The notes below the pieces were generated by a model. It saw only the letters and a program-made list of their open reading frames with translations. It had not been told where the DNA came from and made no database searches. A stretch of DNA of 64,000 nt from Bugula neritina. Lineage: Eukaryota; Animalia; Bryozoa. Shown piece after piece: positions 26,694 through 53,178 of the stretch. Position 1 is the first letter of the stretch. The number at the start of each line of letters is the position of its first letter. Both the position numbers and the translations under genes were made by a program. The DNA lies in the NCBI GenBank assembly GCA_964035545.1, contig OZ037770.1, positions 13,754,642-13,818,641 on the forward strand, written 5' to 3'.

Positions 26694-29564
26694 TCTCGGG
26701 TGTACCACACAGCTTTATATACACAAATACTATATATGCATTATATAAAAATATTATACGCTTAGTCTTATATTACTATATATGTGTGTTTAATGTAATG
26801 CAGCAACCGGCCCTGGCTCTCATAATGTTATATTCTATCTTCCACGAGCTTGGAGTTAAATATGGAGAATCTATTTATAACAACAAATCTATTATACTCA
26901 ACTTGCATTGTAATAATTAATTTATTAGAATAATTAATCAACTGTGCACTAGGAAAACTAGGTATCATGTACCTGGAATACCCCTTGGTGCTCATTCTTT
27001 TTACATTTTAATTATGTAATCAGTTCTCTGTAAGTTGCAAGAACTAGTAGTTGACATTTTAACTTGTATTTTTAGTTACTGATAAACCTGGTACATCACT
27101 GCATAGATGTTTTGGCACTCATATTAATGATGAATAATGCATGCATGCCAATATTTTTGAATGAATTTAATTTGCAGCTTTATAGAAACCCGCGTCTGTC
27201 TCCCATCAAACCTGCATGCTTTTCTCTACCTACAGACTTGTTTTGCTAGCAACAAGTCTAGCGACTTTTGTCTGACGCACAAATGAACTGAATGGTATTT
27301 TAAAAAAAAAATTCTTGACCCTTATACGATTTAAATCACTGGCTTAGCTTAACTTGTGCCATGTCAAGCAGACCCCCAGCACTTGATCGCAGCTGCTCCA
27401 ATTAAAAAAAACTTTTCGAAATAAGCATAATACAATCTCTTTTTAATACATATGCTTCAAAACTAGCTACAAAAAAGCTGCTTTAGGACTTTGCCGAAAC
27501 TAAATAGAAATGGTGTAAAGTCTCAAAAATATTATAGGTAAACCGCATAATATTTGAATATGTAAAACTAACAAAGGCATGCTTTCAAAACCAGATTTGC
27601 AGTTGACCTGGTGTGCATTCTGCAACACCACCCAAATATCTTTTTACTTTTTTGAATACAGAATGAGATTCTACAGAAAACTGGGTACACAAAATTATAT
27701 AAATATTAATAAGTTGATAAATTTCAAGAAACGAATAAATTTGAGACTTAGCAGCTGGTAGGAACTGCGAGGACTAGCACAGATCTGCACTTGATCACAC
27801 CCTAAGTGATGCCTTAAGATGAAGACTCCCTTTGTTAGCCGGTACTTGTAACTTGTAATTTATGACAACCATTAGTTAAATACATGTCCTGGCCTTCCCA
27901 GATTGCTACTGCCAGTGTTATACATGGTATACTCTACATCTGCAGAATATACCATGTATAACACTTCCATTCCTATCACGGGCAAAGAAAGACCATCAGG
28001 TCGGGTCAACGAGTGCATTTTCAAATAGTTTTTTAATCCTTTGTTAGACTAAAAAAGGTCTCCTGCATAAACTTTACCTGCTATGCTACCGTTCTAGGAC
28101 TATGTCATAGCAACCAATTGCATATGATATGCTAATTAATAATCAAACGCGTATCATAATACATCATTATAATTATACACCCTTGATAGCTGTAACATGT
28201 GAGTTTGTATGCATGGTTGTTTTGTTGTGAATATGATATGTATTCATGTGAGATAAGATATAGATGTGAGCAGTGAGGGGGCTACTTCAGTTGCATGTGG
28301 TCAGTCTAACCAGTAAGAGCTTACTGTAGGAGTCTTATTGGTTTTAAGGCAAAACTAATCACCAGCTCTATTCAAAGGTGGACTTGGTTTTTTCTAAGCA
28401 AGAGAGATATGTATGTATGCCGCATTATTATATTTATATACTAATATAGCATTCCATATTTAAATTATATTACAATTGTATTATTATATGTTATTTTATT
28501 ATATTTATAATTATATACTTCTAGTGTCATGTATGTTGGATTATTATATTGATATAAGATTACTTTAAGTACATTAAGGTTATATCATATTTATTATTAT
28601 ATGGTATGTCATATTATCTGTACAAGTACAAGTTATAATTAATAAGTTACGTTATATTTATGTTATTAAACATAATACTATTTACTTTTAGTATACTAAT
28701 AGTAATACCCTTTTTTATATTTATATAAATAAGAATTAGAATAAGATACATTATTACATGCTCATTACTATTAGTATTATTATATTTATACCAGTATGCA
28801 ATATTATATAATAATTAATATCATTATAAATATATTATTACATTTATATATCTGTGCACATGGTTACACTAAAATTAGGGTATAATGAACATAATAATAA
28901 TTTTACTAAACATTAAAGTTATTACATTCCAATTATTCAACGTTGATGATTGAAAGACAGCTGATTTTAGACAGCTCAAACTTTATAGTATACTAGGAAT
29001 TTATACAAATTATGAGAAATAAAATTAAATGGAAGATTAAAAGCTACGTTTAGTGAGTGTTGGCCAATCGGTTCATTTTTAATTGTCAATTGAGAAAAAG
29101 CAAAATAAAAGTTGATCAATCACCAATTGTCATCATCATGCTTCCCCACTGATACACACTCATTTAATATACATGTATTACATAATAATTATGTACAACT
29201 TATATTCTATAATCTATAATAATTACTAATAATCTGAGATGATGATTCAAATTCTAACTCTAATTTGCAGACTAATGGCATGGTTTCTTAAGCTTACGAA
29301 GCAGCTTTTCATATCTCTTTAAGGCTACTAATTTTTTTCAGCTTTTTATAGTACATAAACTGATTTGGTAGCATTTAACAATGATTTACCAATTGCTTTT
29401 TTGCATTAGTTAATGCTTGTTTATTGCCAATTTTTTCATTATTGTAAGCTATGGATCCTTATCGGTAGGTTGACAACATATATTTCTATTATGTGCTTGT
29501 AGATTGCTTGGGTTGATCGTATATCAAGATATTAATTCCAGCTGAGAAACCAGAAAAACCTCGT

Positions 29565-31368
29565 ATGACAGCAGAAATCAAACGACTGGCTCTTAGAGCT
29601 ACCCTTTGGCCTCAGCAAACTCGAGTGAGTCTCTTTATTTCATTTTCTGAATTTTTATTCAGTAAATAAAACTCACGCAGTTTACAGTCACTATCCCGGT
29701 GAGAACCCCTAATCGAAAGGTTTTTTTTAAAAACTGGTTAGGTACTTATTCATATGTGGCACAGGAACAATTATGACTGGAGGCTTTTCCTAACACCACC
29801 GATGGCCTTTACTGGGATTCGAACCACTGACCTTGTGTTTACTAAGCCAGTGCTCTAACCCCTAGACCACATCTGCTCATTCAATAAATTGTACTCAATT
29901 TTGTCCATTGAAGTAATACTTATATTATTTACATTTGATACTATCCTAAACATTGCCAAAAATACTATAATAATGCATAATATATGTTCTAGAATATTCA
30001 ATAGAGCAATTTGTGTTATGCTAATGGAATGCATTCATCTTCTTGAATTTCACTACCTACTTTGCTTTGTAAATGTTTTTTGTATAAAAATGTCCAGTTT
30101 CACCAATAACAAAGAGATTTAGTAAATTTTCTCAGCTCAAAAGAATGTTGTGAACTTTGAGAAAAACAAAAACAACAGTGAATATATTATAATTACTTGG
30201 TCATTCGTGGGGAAAAGCTTTTGGAGAAATTAGATTTGCAAATATTCAAATGTTTTATTTTTATCTGTTGGCATAAATAAGAATCTAGCAACATGGGAGA
30301 CTAGAAGCTATTTAATCAGCCTTCATCCTTTTTTGACATCCGCAAAGAAATAATCTGAAAAGTACAAATCATTAGACGTGGTGTTTTTATATCATAATAT
30401 TTCTACTGGACTTGTTTGTTTTCGACTACTAGTGACCTTCGAAGGGGTATGCAAACAGGATACATGTGGTGGCTACCACAAGAGATGTCTCATGCAAGTC
30501 CTGGATGGTGACAGACGCTACTGTGCATTTCATTTTGGCACTGATTGTTTTTAAAAGGCAGCAAGCTATATCTAATCTAGTTCTACGCAAAATATATGAC
30601 CAAATTTTTGTCTAGTTTCCTTTGTATTGTCTAAAGGAACCTGGCCTACAATGGGATAACTTGTTTAAAGTAACACAATTTCCTCCAAATATCCTCTTAT
30701 TCCATTTGATACACCAACTTATGTCTAATGATTACATTAAATGCATTTTGTGCATAATTCTGATAGCATAACATCCTTTCTTTGGTTTTGTTTGATTTTC
30801 TCTGTCTACTATGCTAATATCCCATTGATATATTATGGATTACACACATTATTGGAAATGAAAAATGCAAACAATAAATACTATATTGCTATGATAGACT
30901 CAAGCTGAAATTTTAGAATAAATTATGCAATGGAAAAATGATGCAGAGTATACTAGAATAACAATCTAAAGCATTTGGGCTTAGTTCTTCATGTTAAGCT
31001 ACATTGCTGTTTTGCCCACTTTAAAATTAAACACAATTTATGCCTTCCCTAGATACATTTAACATATTTTCAGAGTTTCATTCTTACTGTTTGATCAATA
31101 ATGGTGGTTGAACTTTTGCATGACACTAGAAATGTTGAGTATAAAACATAAATATTTGCAACAAACTTGATGAGATGTAATTTAAAACTATATGCATTGC
31201 AGCATATAGATCCGGGAATGTACGGTGGGTATAATACGTCAGAAGCTGTAACCTCCGAAAATCACTCCTTCTACGGAGCACCAACACCTGGATTTACATT
31301 TCCTAAACATTTCGTGAAGTCTGAACAGACGGGGATGGAAATGAAACAATACCCACAGCCCTCAGCAG
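29565..31368 (+). CDS. Candidate distal alternative N-terminal exons of Runx
   Basis: 29565-29624 (MTAEIKRLALRATLWPQQTR|GTGAGT) joins 31203-31368 (HIDPGMYGGY..FVKSEQ..YPQPSA, phase 1), compatible with the phase-1 acceptor at 38138. Confidence 0.55.
29670..29878 (-). mobile_element. tRNA-derived SINE, more intact copy
   Basis: Minus strand: A box TGGTCTAGGGG, B box GGTTCGAATCC, then GGTGTTAGGAAAAGCCTCCAGTCATAATTG..TGTGCCA; same family as 19947-20141. Confidence 0.8.
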
Positions 31369-34300
31369 GTACGTTGACAACTCAACTCTTCCATTATCCA
31401 ACAATATAATAGCTGTTTTCTACCATTATGTAGCTCATAGTCCAACTGTTCCCTAACAATACTCCAGCTAAATAATTATACCTGAGTTTCTGCCACAAAT
31501 GTGAGAGGTATGTTATGGGCCAGCAGAAGTGCAATAACCCAAGGGGGACCACCATAGAGTAGTTGTATTGTTACTCAATAACTTATGTGGTGGTTAGCCA
31601 TCAGATACTCTGGAGCCACCAAGGTTGTCACACTTTCTATTCTTTAGTAACCTGGGTGTTGTTACATAACACAGATGTCACTGTAATCTTATTCAGCACC
31701 TCAACTCATTTCTATTCAGGCATAATTTTTTCCCCTTCTCCATTGTTAGAACTTGGAGAATAATTGAACAGGTGCGGGTTGAAAACTTTATGGTTGTTAA
31801 CATCTTTTTGACACCGATATGAATAGCAATGATTCACTCCCAAAGTTCAAGGAGATAGCATTTTAGAGCCGTTTTTGTTTGCAGCTATTAATAGCTTATT
31901 TGTAAATTATAGGTGCATGTTTCCACTTCTTGCCAATTAAGAATTAGTATCTAAAAGTATTTCACTTCATTTACTAGAAAGCTAATTATTTAATTATTGT
32001 AAAGTTTTGCACTGCGTTACATTGGTTTCTCTCAAACCTCAGTAGACCAAAAAGGCCCAAAAAGGTCACCAGTTCAAGACTCTGTGGTGTGCCAGAGAGC
32101 AACTACTTGAAAATACACAGAGTTGGCTTAGAGTGTTTTCACTTCGAGGAGTCAGCCTTGACTGTTTTATTCATTACTTTTATTGCCAGTAGAACAATGA
32201 CTGCTCATTGACTGCCCTTTGTTGTCAAAACACTGTTTAATGTGGACTTCAAAAACAATAGGCCAAATCAAAATTTTGGAGAGGCCAGTTTTGTGTTGAT
32301 TCAATGCAAACTATAATTTCACCTAATGATTGATATTTGCCCAATCACCAGAATGGAAATTGTACAGATAAAATTTTAACCTTTAAAATTTCAATTATCA
32401 GTATTTGTACATTTAGGATGTTTTTTATCAAAATTATCTAAAGCAATTTAATTTCTCTACTTCAACAATAAAAATATAATATTTCCGTTTAGAATACTAG
32501 ACCTTGCACTTACATTAATAGCTTGACGTCACTGAACAATGTAGACCTAGATTTGGGAGACAGTGGTGTTGTGCATTTTGCCATGTTAGCCCTTTTCCTT
32601 TCACTAATCTACAAAGCCAACCTCTAATAGAGTAGTAAATCACTTATGTTTTTTTAGGTTTTGTTATTTGTCCTGACAAGTGCCAGTGAAAAAAACTCAG
32701 TGATGTAAAAAATAATAAAATTGTTTACAACATCTTTAGGCAATGATGGTTACTAACTTGTCCTTTCTGTCAAAACATTAAAAGGTGACACCAATAATCA
32801 ATAGGGATGGAGCCATTGTGTATGAGTGTGAGAAAGATTTGTGGTGTTCCATTAACCAAAGAGTAATTAAAATCAGTGGGGAGCCTTAATTTATGATCAA
32901 AACTTGATGAAAGAAATGAAATTCAGACCACAGTTAATCTTACACAATCTACAAAAATTTACTTACCTGTACCACCTTAGCTTATTACGCTACTGCTTCA
33001 CATAAGCTTTAAATTTTAGATTTTCACAGTTGCTAGGAGTTATATACTCTTACACATTATGCAGTCAAGATCTGACAACTCCCAAGAAAAAACTATTGTA
33101 GACTTTTTTGATATTTTTAGTCAATGCAATAAAATAACCCACGTGGTACTTGCTAGCCTAATTTAATTTAAAATTAAAACTTTCAACATAAATCAGTGTT
33201 ATATACAGTTAGTGAGCTAAAAGGTTTTATTTTGAGGCACCACATATAAAGCATCTGTAACAATGTCTAACAATTTAGGTACAAACATAATTTTACTTCT
33301 AAAACAGACAGCATATTATAATAAACACTCCTAGGTCTTAATTTAATTTTTTAGATTTTGAAATTTTGGAGTAAATATTAAATTAATTTACAGTGATTAA
33401 TTTTTTTCACATTTAAAACCGTTTTCATTAAAACCTCATTTTTCTAACATAAATTATTACATTATATAATATAATATGTATGAAAAGTTGAAACATTTAT
33501 GCAATTTATAGTATTATATTTCTATACAACAACTATTGTATCATATTATGCCACAACCTTTTCACACAAACGTAATCTTGGAGAAAAATGTAAGTCAAGT
33601 GTGGGAAAACACTATTTTAAGAATTTTTGATATTAACTTCACTTTACTTTTTGTTTGACATACCTTTCCAGTTAGGCTTTTTCTCTCATAATCGATTATT
33701 CTAAAAGCACAAGTAAAATTGTAGAGCCAATACTGATATTTTCTTTTGTATTTATTATACAGACCAGCTGTGATTTTACTAAAGCTGTTTATCTTATAAT
33801 TTGAATGCATAGATTTTCACAAGAAATTTATCAGTTACAATGTGACTCATTCACACAGCAAATTGGTGTTGGTTTGAAATCGACATGCTGCATTGACAAT
33901 TAGTAGATTATAAGTTTAGCCCACCCCTGTGCCCACGCTTTAATCTGCCACTTGAACTAAAAAAAGTTATTATGATTATACTAATTTCTTTAAAAGATGT
34001 CATGAGTTTTTGAAACTAATATTAACTGGAACACACTACCATTAAGACATAGTATTACAGTCTACTGTCTAAGACATATGTCTGAGAATTAGTAATACTT
34101 ACAAAATTGAACACTTTAAGTCTAGAAGTATAAATTTAATTATGCTCAACTTATTAAATTTAATAAATTCCAATTAATGATAGATTTACAACTGTAAGCA
34201 CATGTATATTAGTATTACATTTAATAATAAATAGCAATATTAATATATATTATTTTTTAGATATTCTACCAACACTCAATAGTAATAGCTACTACTATAG

Positions 34301-35081
34301 TGTATATTTATATTAACTTCAAGTTTAACTACAAACTTAAAGCCATGAGTCAAACTGCACGAGATCATAATGATAATGATAATCATAATCATAATGCAAT
34401 CATAATCCGTTAATCATAATCATAATGTGAATCAAATTGAATAAGTCATGATGCCATAATCATAATGATTATCCTTGACATCATTATAATTGTGATTATG
34501 ATATAAATTTAATATTTAATTCTAAATTTAATGAATCACAAAACCAACATAAAAATTTAAATAAACATAAAAATAAAAATTAAATTAAATAATTCAGCTC
34601 TATCGTTAGTTTTAAATCAGATTTATCTAGGATTTATAACTAAATCTCAACTACACTATCCTAAGTACAATTAGAATCAAAATGACAAAGTTGACATTCA
34701 TAATATAATAGTTAATTTACTTTTAACTGGTTAATTTATCTTTAAAATCAGCTTGTAACCGCCATTAGTTTTTCAATTTGCGATACTTAGCAAAGGTTCT
34801 ATAAAAGTGCGGTGATATTAGATATCTGTCCCGCACTAATTTGATTACTTGTTCTACATAAATTTGCTTGAGGTTTTCCTATAGAAAGTTATTACGAGTA
34901 AGAGTTATGTCCTCTTTTATCAAAGAGGTCAAAAGTTCACGCCCTTAATCTCTGGATCCCTAAGTAGTAAACAACATTTTTTATTCATGATCACATTACT
35001 GGGTTGCTAGCAAGGAAAGCAGTATATATCACCTACGATAATCCAGTTTGATTATACCCATAGGCATACTGGTTACATGTA

Positions 35082-47822
<12,741 letters not shown>

Positions 47823-50611
47823 TTTAACATAAAATCGTCTGCCGCACAAATGGATCATTCCAACTAATTTATCTGCCTTGGATTTTAGCTTTACTGCACT
47901 TTTCCACTCCGTTATATATTTTTTATTCCAAGTGTAATTCACTCCTATTGGCCAAGTTTATTAGTTCCAAATCCCCATGATATAATGATATAAATTTATT
48001 TAAATATTTTACCACTGTTTTGATTAAACACAAATATGATGGATGCCCTTGCTACGGCTCGACCATATTTTCACCTCAAAACTGTCCAAGTGCATTTTAA
48101 ATTCTAATTTTTTTACAATAATTCTATCAATATTTTTTGCATGCTTGCATCTATGCCAATGCCTTGCCTCCTGTAAATAAGTTCTACTTTTGTATATTAA
48201 TAATTGACAGCTATCGGTATTTTCATGTGCATTGCGCCCTAGTAATTTCTTGCCCACTTTGATTTACTGGCCCGAGTTTCAAATGGTCTGTTTTTGCTTC
48301 CAGATTGAGTCTGTGTTAACATAATGGCGTCTCTTCATATCTGGTCATTGTCCCAGTTTTTGCACCCATGGCTATTACTACGATGCCGTTTGATATTCTG
48401 GTCATAAGATGTTTATGCAGCATTCATTTTAGGTTTTGGGCTAATAGTAATGGCCGTCTTGTAAAAAAAGAATGCCATTTCAGCTTTAAGTGCCGCAATA
48501 TATTATGTAAATAATAGTATGCAAGATATAGTTTTCCTTGCAAATGCATTAGTATGAAATATCATGAAACGGATCTCTTTTATTGTTTGTAATTTATTTT
48601 CTGTAAAGTTACTAGATTTATTATGTTGGCTGCTGAATTTATAAACCAAAGGTGCCGGCTCTACTCGCCAGGCTCACTATGCAGTATTTATATACTTTTC
48701 AAGTCATTTTCTAGTCTCTTTTTCTTGCTGTACCAAAACTTAATGTTTCATTATCATGCCAGGATTTTACTAATTTTTTATACATGAAATACATTTTACC
48801 AAATATCAACTCTTTTTATGCTATCAAACAGGGCCTTGGGCCTGGATGAATGATGAGGCAATGTAAGGTGTATGCTACTATCAGTGGTAGTTAACCTCAC
48901 TTGAAGTAATGCATACTTTGCATCTCTAAGTAAAGGTGGTTGAAGGTAGGTAAATTCATCACTTGCTCTGAAGGCCATAGCAGTGCATTGATCACCTACT
49001 TTGGATGCATGATGCAATGAACTAATGGTTAAAATTCGACATTTATAGCTATTTGCTTACTGGAGGTGTGAGGAGATAGTTTATAGGGAATGTTTATGAA
49101 GTTTCCTTTACAAGTGAATGGGTATAAAGTTTATCATTGCTGAAACAGAGAAATCGTACAACCTTGACAAATCTGTAGCCTATCCCACAAACACTGCAGC
49201 CCTTAGTTATATCCACTACTGAGCAGTGACTTCTTCCAATATTATAATTGCTTCGAGATAACAGGCTAACAAAATATGTGGTCCATCAGTTGACAATAGA
49301 ACATTTGAAAGTAGTCTTGGCTCAGTAAAAACTTCGCATTTTCAACCTTTGTCGGATTATGCTGGCGTGTACTTTTTATATCATATAATGTAGATGACTA
49401 TAGCTAAAGGCTTTTACAGCCCAGGAGGAAAAAATAGCTGAAGCATTATTATGCACAATTTTGCAAATAATTTCATAAATAAAATATGCCGTGGTTGTAA
49501 ACACGAGAAAAAATACTTGAGGATTTACTAACACAATTAGTTAATTTGAATATATATATTATATTTCGATATTTACAGAGTTATCCTCTCCTTAAACTTA
49601 AGCACACACACTACTCATATGCAAAACTCTGTATAAATGAATATTTTTAAATTAGCAAGAGTTGAAGCTAAGATTTGACTAGGCATTGGACTAGAGTAAA
49701 CATGATTTTCTAGTCAAACCACCTGCTAGCTGATGTCTAGCAAATAGTTTCAAAAATCCGCTGCTATACAAAGATTGTGATAGTTTTTCTTGATTAGAAT
49801 TGCTGTTCAACGCTTTATTTTTGGGTATACTAATGCACAATGATTTGTTGTATTTTGCTGCAATGTTCTAATCATTAGAAGTACAGCTTATCTAGCAATT
49901 TGCAGCTAAACGTTATGCCATCTTAACTTCACTGAGGGAGTTGGAACTTTGAAATCACAGCTGCTCAAAGACCTGGATGGATATTGGGAAATCAAGTTTA
50001 GAGATTATGCATCCAAAATACTTGTGTGGTATTGTGTAATGCTGCTTTCAATGTATTGTTTTATTAACCAACCTTTAAACCAATTATAAATTGTAAATAA
50101 CTAAATTTACAGATACTAGCACATAATACACAATTGATGATGACGCAATCAACTCTTTCATTTTATACTAGAAGTTAACGTAGGCTTTAGGCATATAATA
50201 TATTGAAAATATGATCTTTTTAATGAAAATATGAAAATAAGGCTGAGCAATTCATAACTGATTATTCAAGTGTTAAAGGCTGGAAATAACAAGATTAAGT
50301 AAAACTCCAAATATGGGCGTAAAAGTCAATGTCACAAAACAAATATTTGATGAAGGAATTGTATTTAGCGACTGAACTTGAACACAATAACATGCCAGTG
50401 GTCACATGATTTTGTCGAAAAGTGACCTTGAAAAAACAAATAGGCGCTGTCATCATAGTTTATATATTTGTCGGTATGGTATCGGCATGATTGCTTATGA
50501 CCTTCTGAGATGTGAAGGTTGCAGAAGGCAACATTTCATTGTTGTTGTTCAATGGTATCATAATCAATCTAGAAGAGTCCAGAGACAAGCAGCTTGAAGG
50601 TCAAACTAAGG

Positions 50612-53147
50612 TTACACCATGATCCTAGCTCCTGGTATATAATAGGATTCTTTCCAGAGGTTTGTTTCCCCACAATTGTTGGTTCTATAAATAGAAACAA
50701 CAGAAATCATTATTTGTCATCTCTTTCAGACGCCATCAACAGTTGAAAAGCAGGATAGAGTTTGACAATTTGAACTTAGCATCACTCTTCTGTGGTTAGA
50801 GATCCAATACACTGACATTCAGTTTCACTAGACCCTAGCAAACCTTCATTTCTCATTGCCTGTAACAAACTATCTTCCTTGATAGATGGTAGAAGGTAAC
50901 AAACACACGGTTTTTTGAAGGCTATAAAATGGCTGCCAGTCAAACTACACCAGGAGATTCAGTAAGGAAAAAGTAGAAGTAATGAAGTAGAAGAGAAAAA
51001 AGGCAAAAACCTGAGAAAGAAAAAGAGAGAGAGAAAACACGGAACAAATGCATTATAGGTGTGTAATTATGGCTGCCTTATTTCATATTTTGGAATTGTG
51101 TGTCTTGGCTATAAGTAGAGGTCAGACATATTGAATTTGAAAGCCAAAGGGGAGTGTTAGATTTGAAGTACTTTTTAAAATAGCCAAACATGTGCATACC
51201 TCCAAAATGAGAGAGAATGAAGAATAGTGTGGGGAAGGGAATGAAGAGTAGTGTGGGAGAAAGGGACAAAAGGATAGCGTGGGGCAAAAGGATACAGGAC
51301 AGAGATGAGAAAAACCAGAAGAATGAAAAAGAGGAATAACAAATAGAGGAAAAAAGGACAAAGAATAGAGGAAGATAGAGAACCAGAAAGAGAGGGCGGT
51401 GGAGGAGTAGGGAGAGAGTGAAGTGAGTGAAGCCAATGTTTTGATTGACCAAATACAAAGATTAGCCACCAGTCACCAGAAATTTGAGGTCATGGAATAA
51501 ATTTGGCGGAGGCTAAAGATTTGGTAAGACTTTTGGTGGCGCTGCGGTGGGTTGAGACTCAGAGCGGTTGACATATTAACTCATCACTCTTGAGTAAAAG
51601 TTGACTCAGTTCCAAGATAGTGTGTCCAGACACTTCCTGTGGCTGGTAAAGAGTTTGAAGGTGGGGCTAGCGATTAGGTGACCGCTGTGCATTAAGAGAG
51701 AGCAACTCTATTTAAGGAAAAAGAACAGAGGTATGAAACATATAGCTGTGTTAAAACAGCGCGTGTTTAATAAATTTACACAACTACTAATAAAACAAAC
51801 TATAAAAAGTAGTTTAATTTAAATTAAGCAGATGATAAAAGAAAACTGAGTTTTAAATATTTTAGACATGAAACTAAACAGACCAAAACCTTGAATTTTA
51901 AAAGTGAAATCTTCAGCAGTACGGCAATTCTAGGCTTACTCATAAAAACATTACCCCTCTTTACATACTACTGCAAGCTAAGACATCAATCAAACAACCT
52001 GACTAACAACTGAATAAATTAAGGACTCATCCTACAAAAGACTAGATTCTTTGTCATAGATGGGGGAAGGAGTCAGTTTTGTGGTAAAAACAAGTTTTTG
52101 TTAGCTTAATACTTCTGGGTATTAAAATAACTAGCATATAAGACCCAAAGAGAGTTGAGGTTGGTAATTAAAATTGTTACATAATAAGTAGGGGCTCAGA
52201 TTTCAAATTAACCAATCAGGTTAAGAAGGAAAAGTTACGGATTAGCACTATAAATCTATTAAAACATAGCATAGGCATTTTCAAAAAACAAAGTCAGTGA
52301 GTAGTGGGGTTTGGGGTGTGTACAGCCTTAATTTATAGCAAAAACAATTGGGTACCCAACTACGAATAAATTATATCATAAAGAGGTCAACACTGTTTAG
52401 ACGAGACACTGTAACTGTAAACAAGGTAAATACGTCATACCTGACTGAAAATAATTGCTTCACATACTAATTCAGACAACACATCAAGCCTCCACAGCAC
52501 ACACAGCAATTTATTTGTGAATAAAAAAAAGTTTGGAGAGAAAATTTGAAAATAAGAAAAGAAACTAGTTCGGGATTTGTGGGAGATGCTCTGGTTAAAC
52601 TTCAGAAAACTCAAGCTACCTTCAAGAAATGAGAACTGCGATTGAGAAGGCAGATATTAAGCAAGTTACACGGTTGTCCACAAAAAAACTTACAACTTTT
52701 TCCGACGATTGGCAGATAAACTATTGTAGTATATGATGAGTGTTGTGAGAATATCATAATTATTATAAGAAGCTGCATGAAATATAGTGCAGAAAGAGTT
52801 GTGTACTCATGTCAAAGTACAATAAAAAGGACATAACTCCTGAATATAGCATAGCACTTGAGTGAAAATTGTTTAATAAATTAATAACAATTGATTTGTT
52901 GAGCATGGTTGGCAACCATCACCGATATCAATAACTAATGGCGTAGTATAGCCTAAGCAGTCTTAGTAGTAGTAGTAGCAGTAGCAGTAGTAGTAGCAGT
53001 AGTAGTAGCAGTAGTAGTAGCAGTAGCAGTAGTAGTAGTAGCAGCAGTAGTAGTAGCAGCAGTAGTAGTAGCAGTAGCAGAAGTAGCAGTAGTAGTAGCA
53101 GCAGTAGTAGTAGTAGTAGTAGTAGCAGTAGTAGTAGTAGTAGTAGC

Positions 53148-53178
<31 letters not shown>

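Noticed and set aside
22400-28100. Possible extra gene or retroelement between SUPT3H and Runx
   Set aside because: No long ORF, recognisable motif or consistent exon chain; degraded TE remnants are possible but unsupported.
29820-29878. tRNA gene
   Set aside because: A and B boxes are present but continue into a body shared with another copy and lack a convincing acceptor stem; better explained as a SINE head.
51078-51469. Hydrophobic 115-126-aa minus-strand ORFs
   Set aside because: Artefact of the pyrimidine-rich strand, which lacks stop codons.
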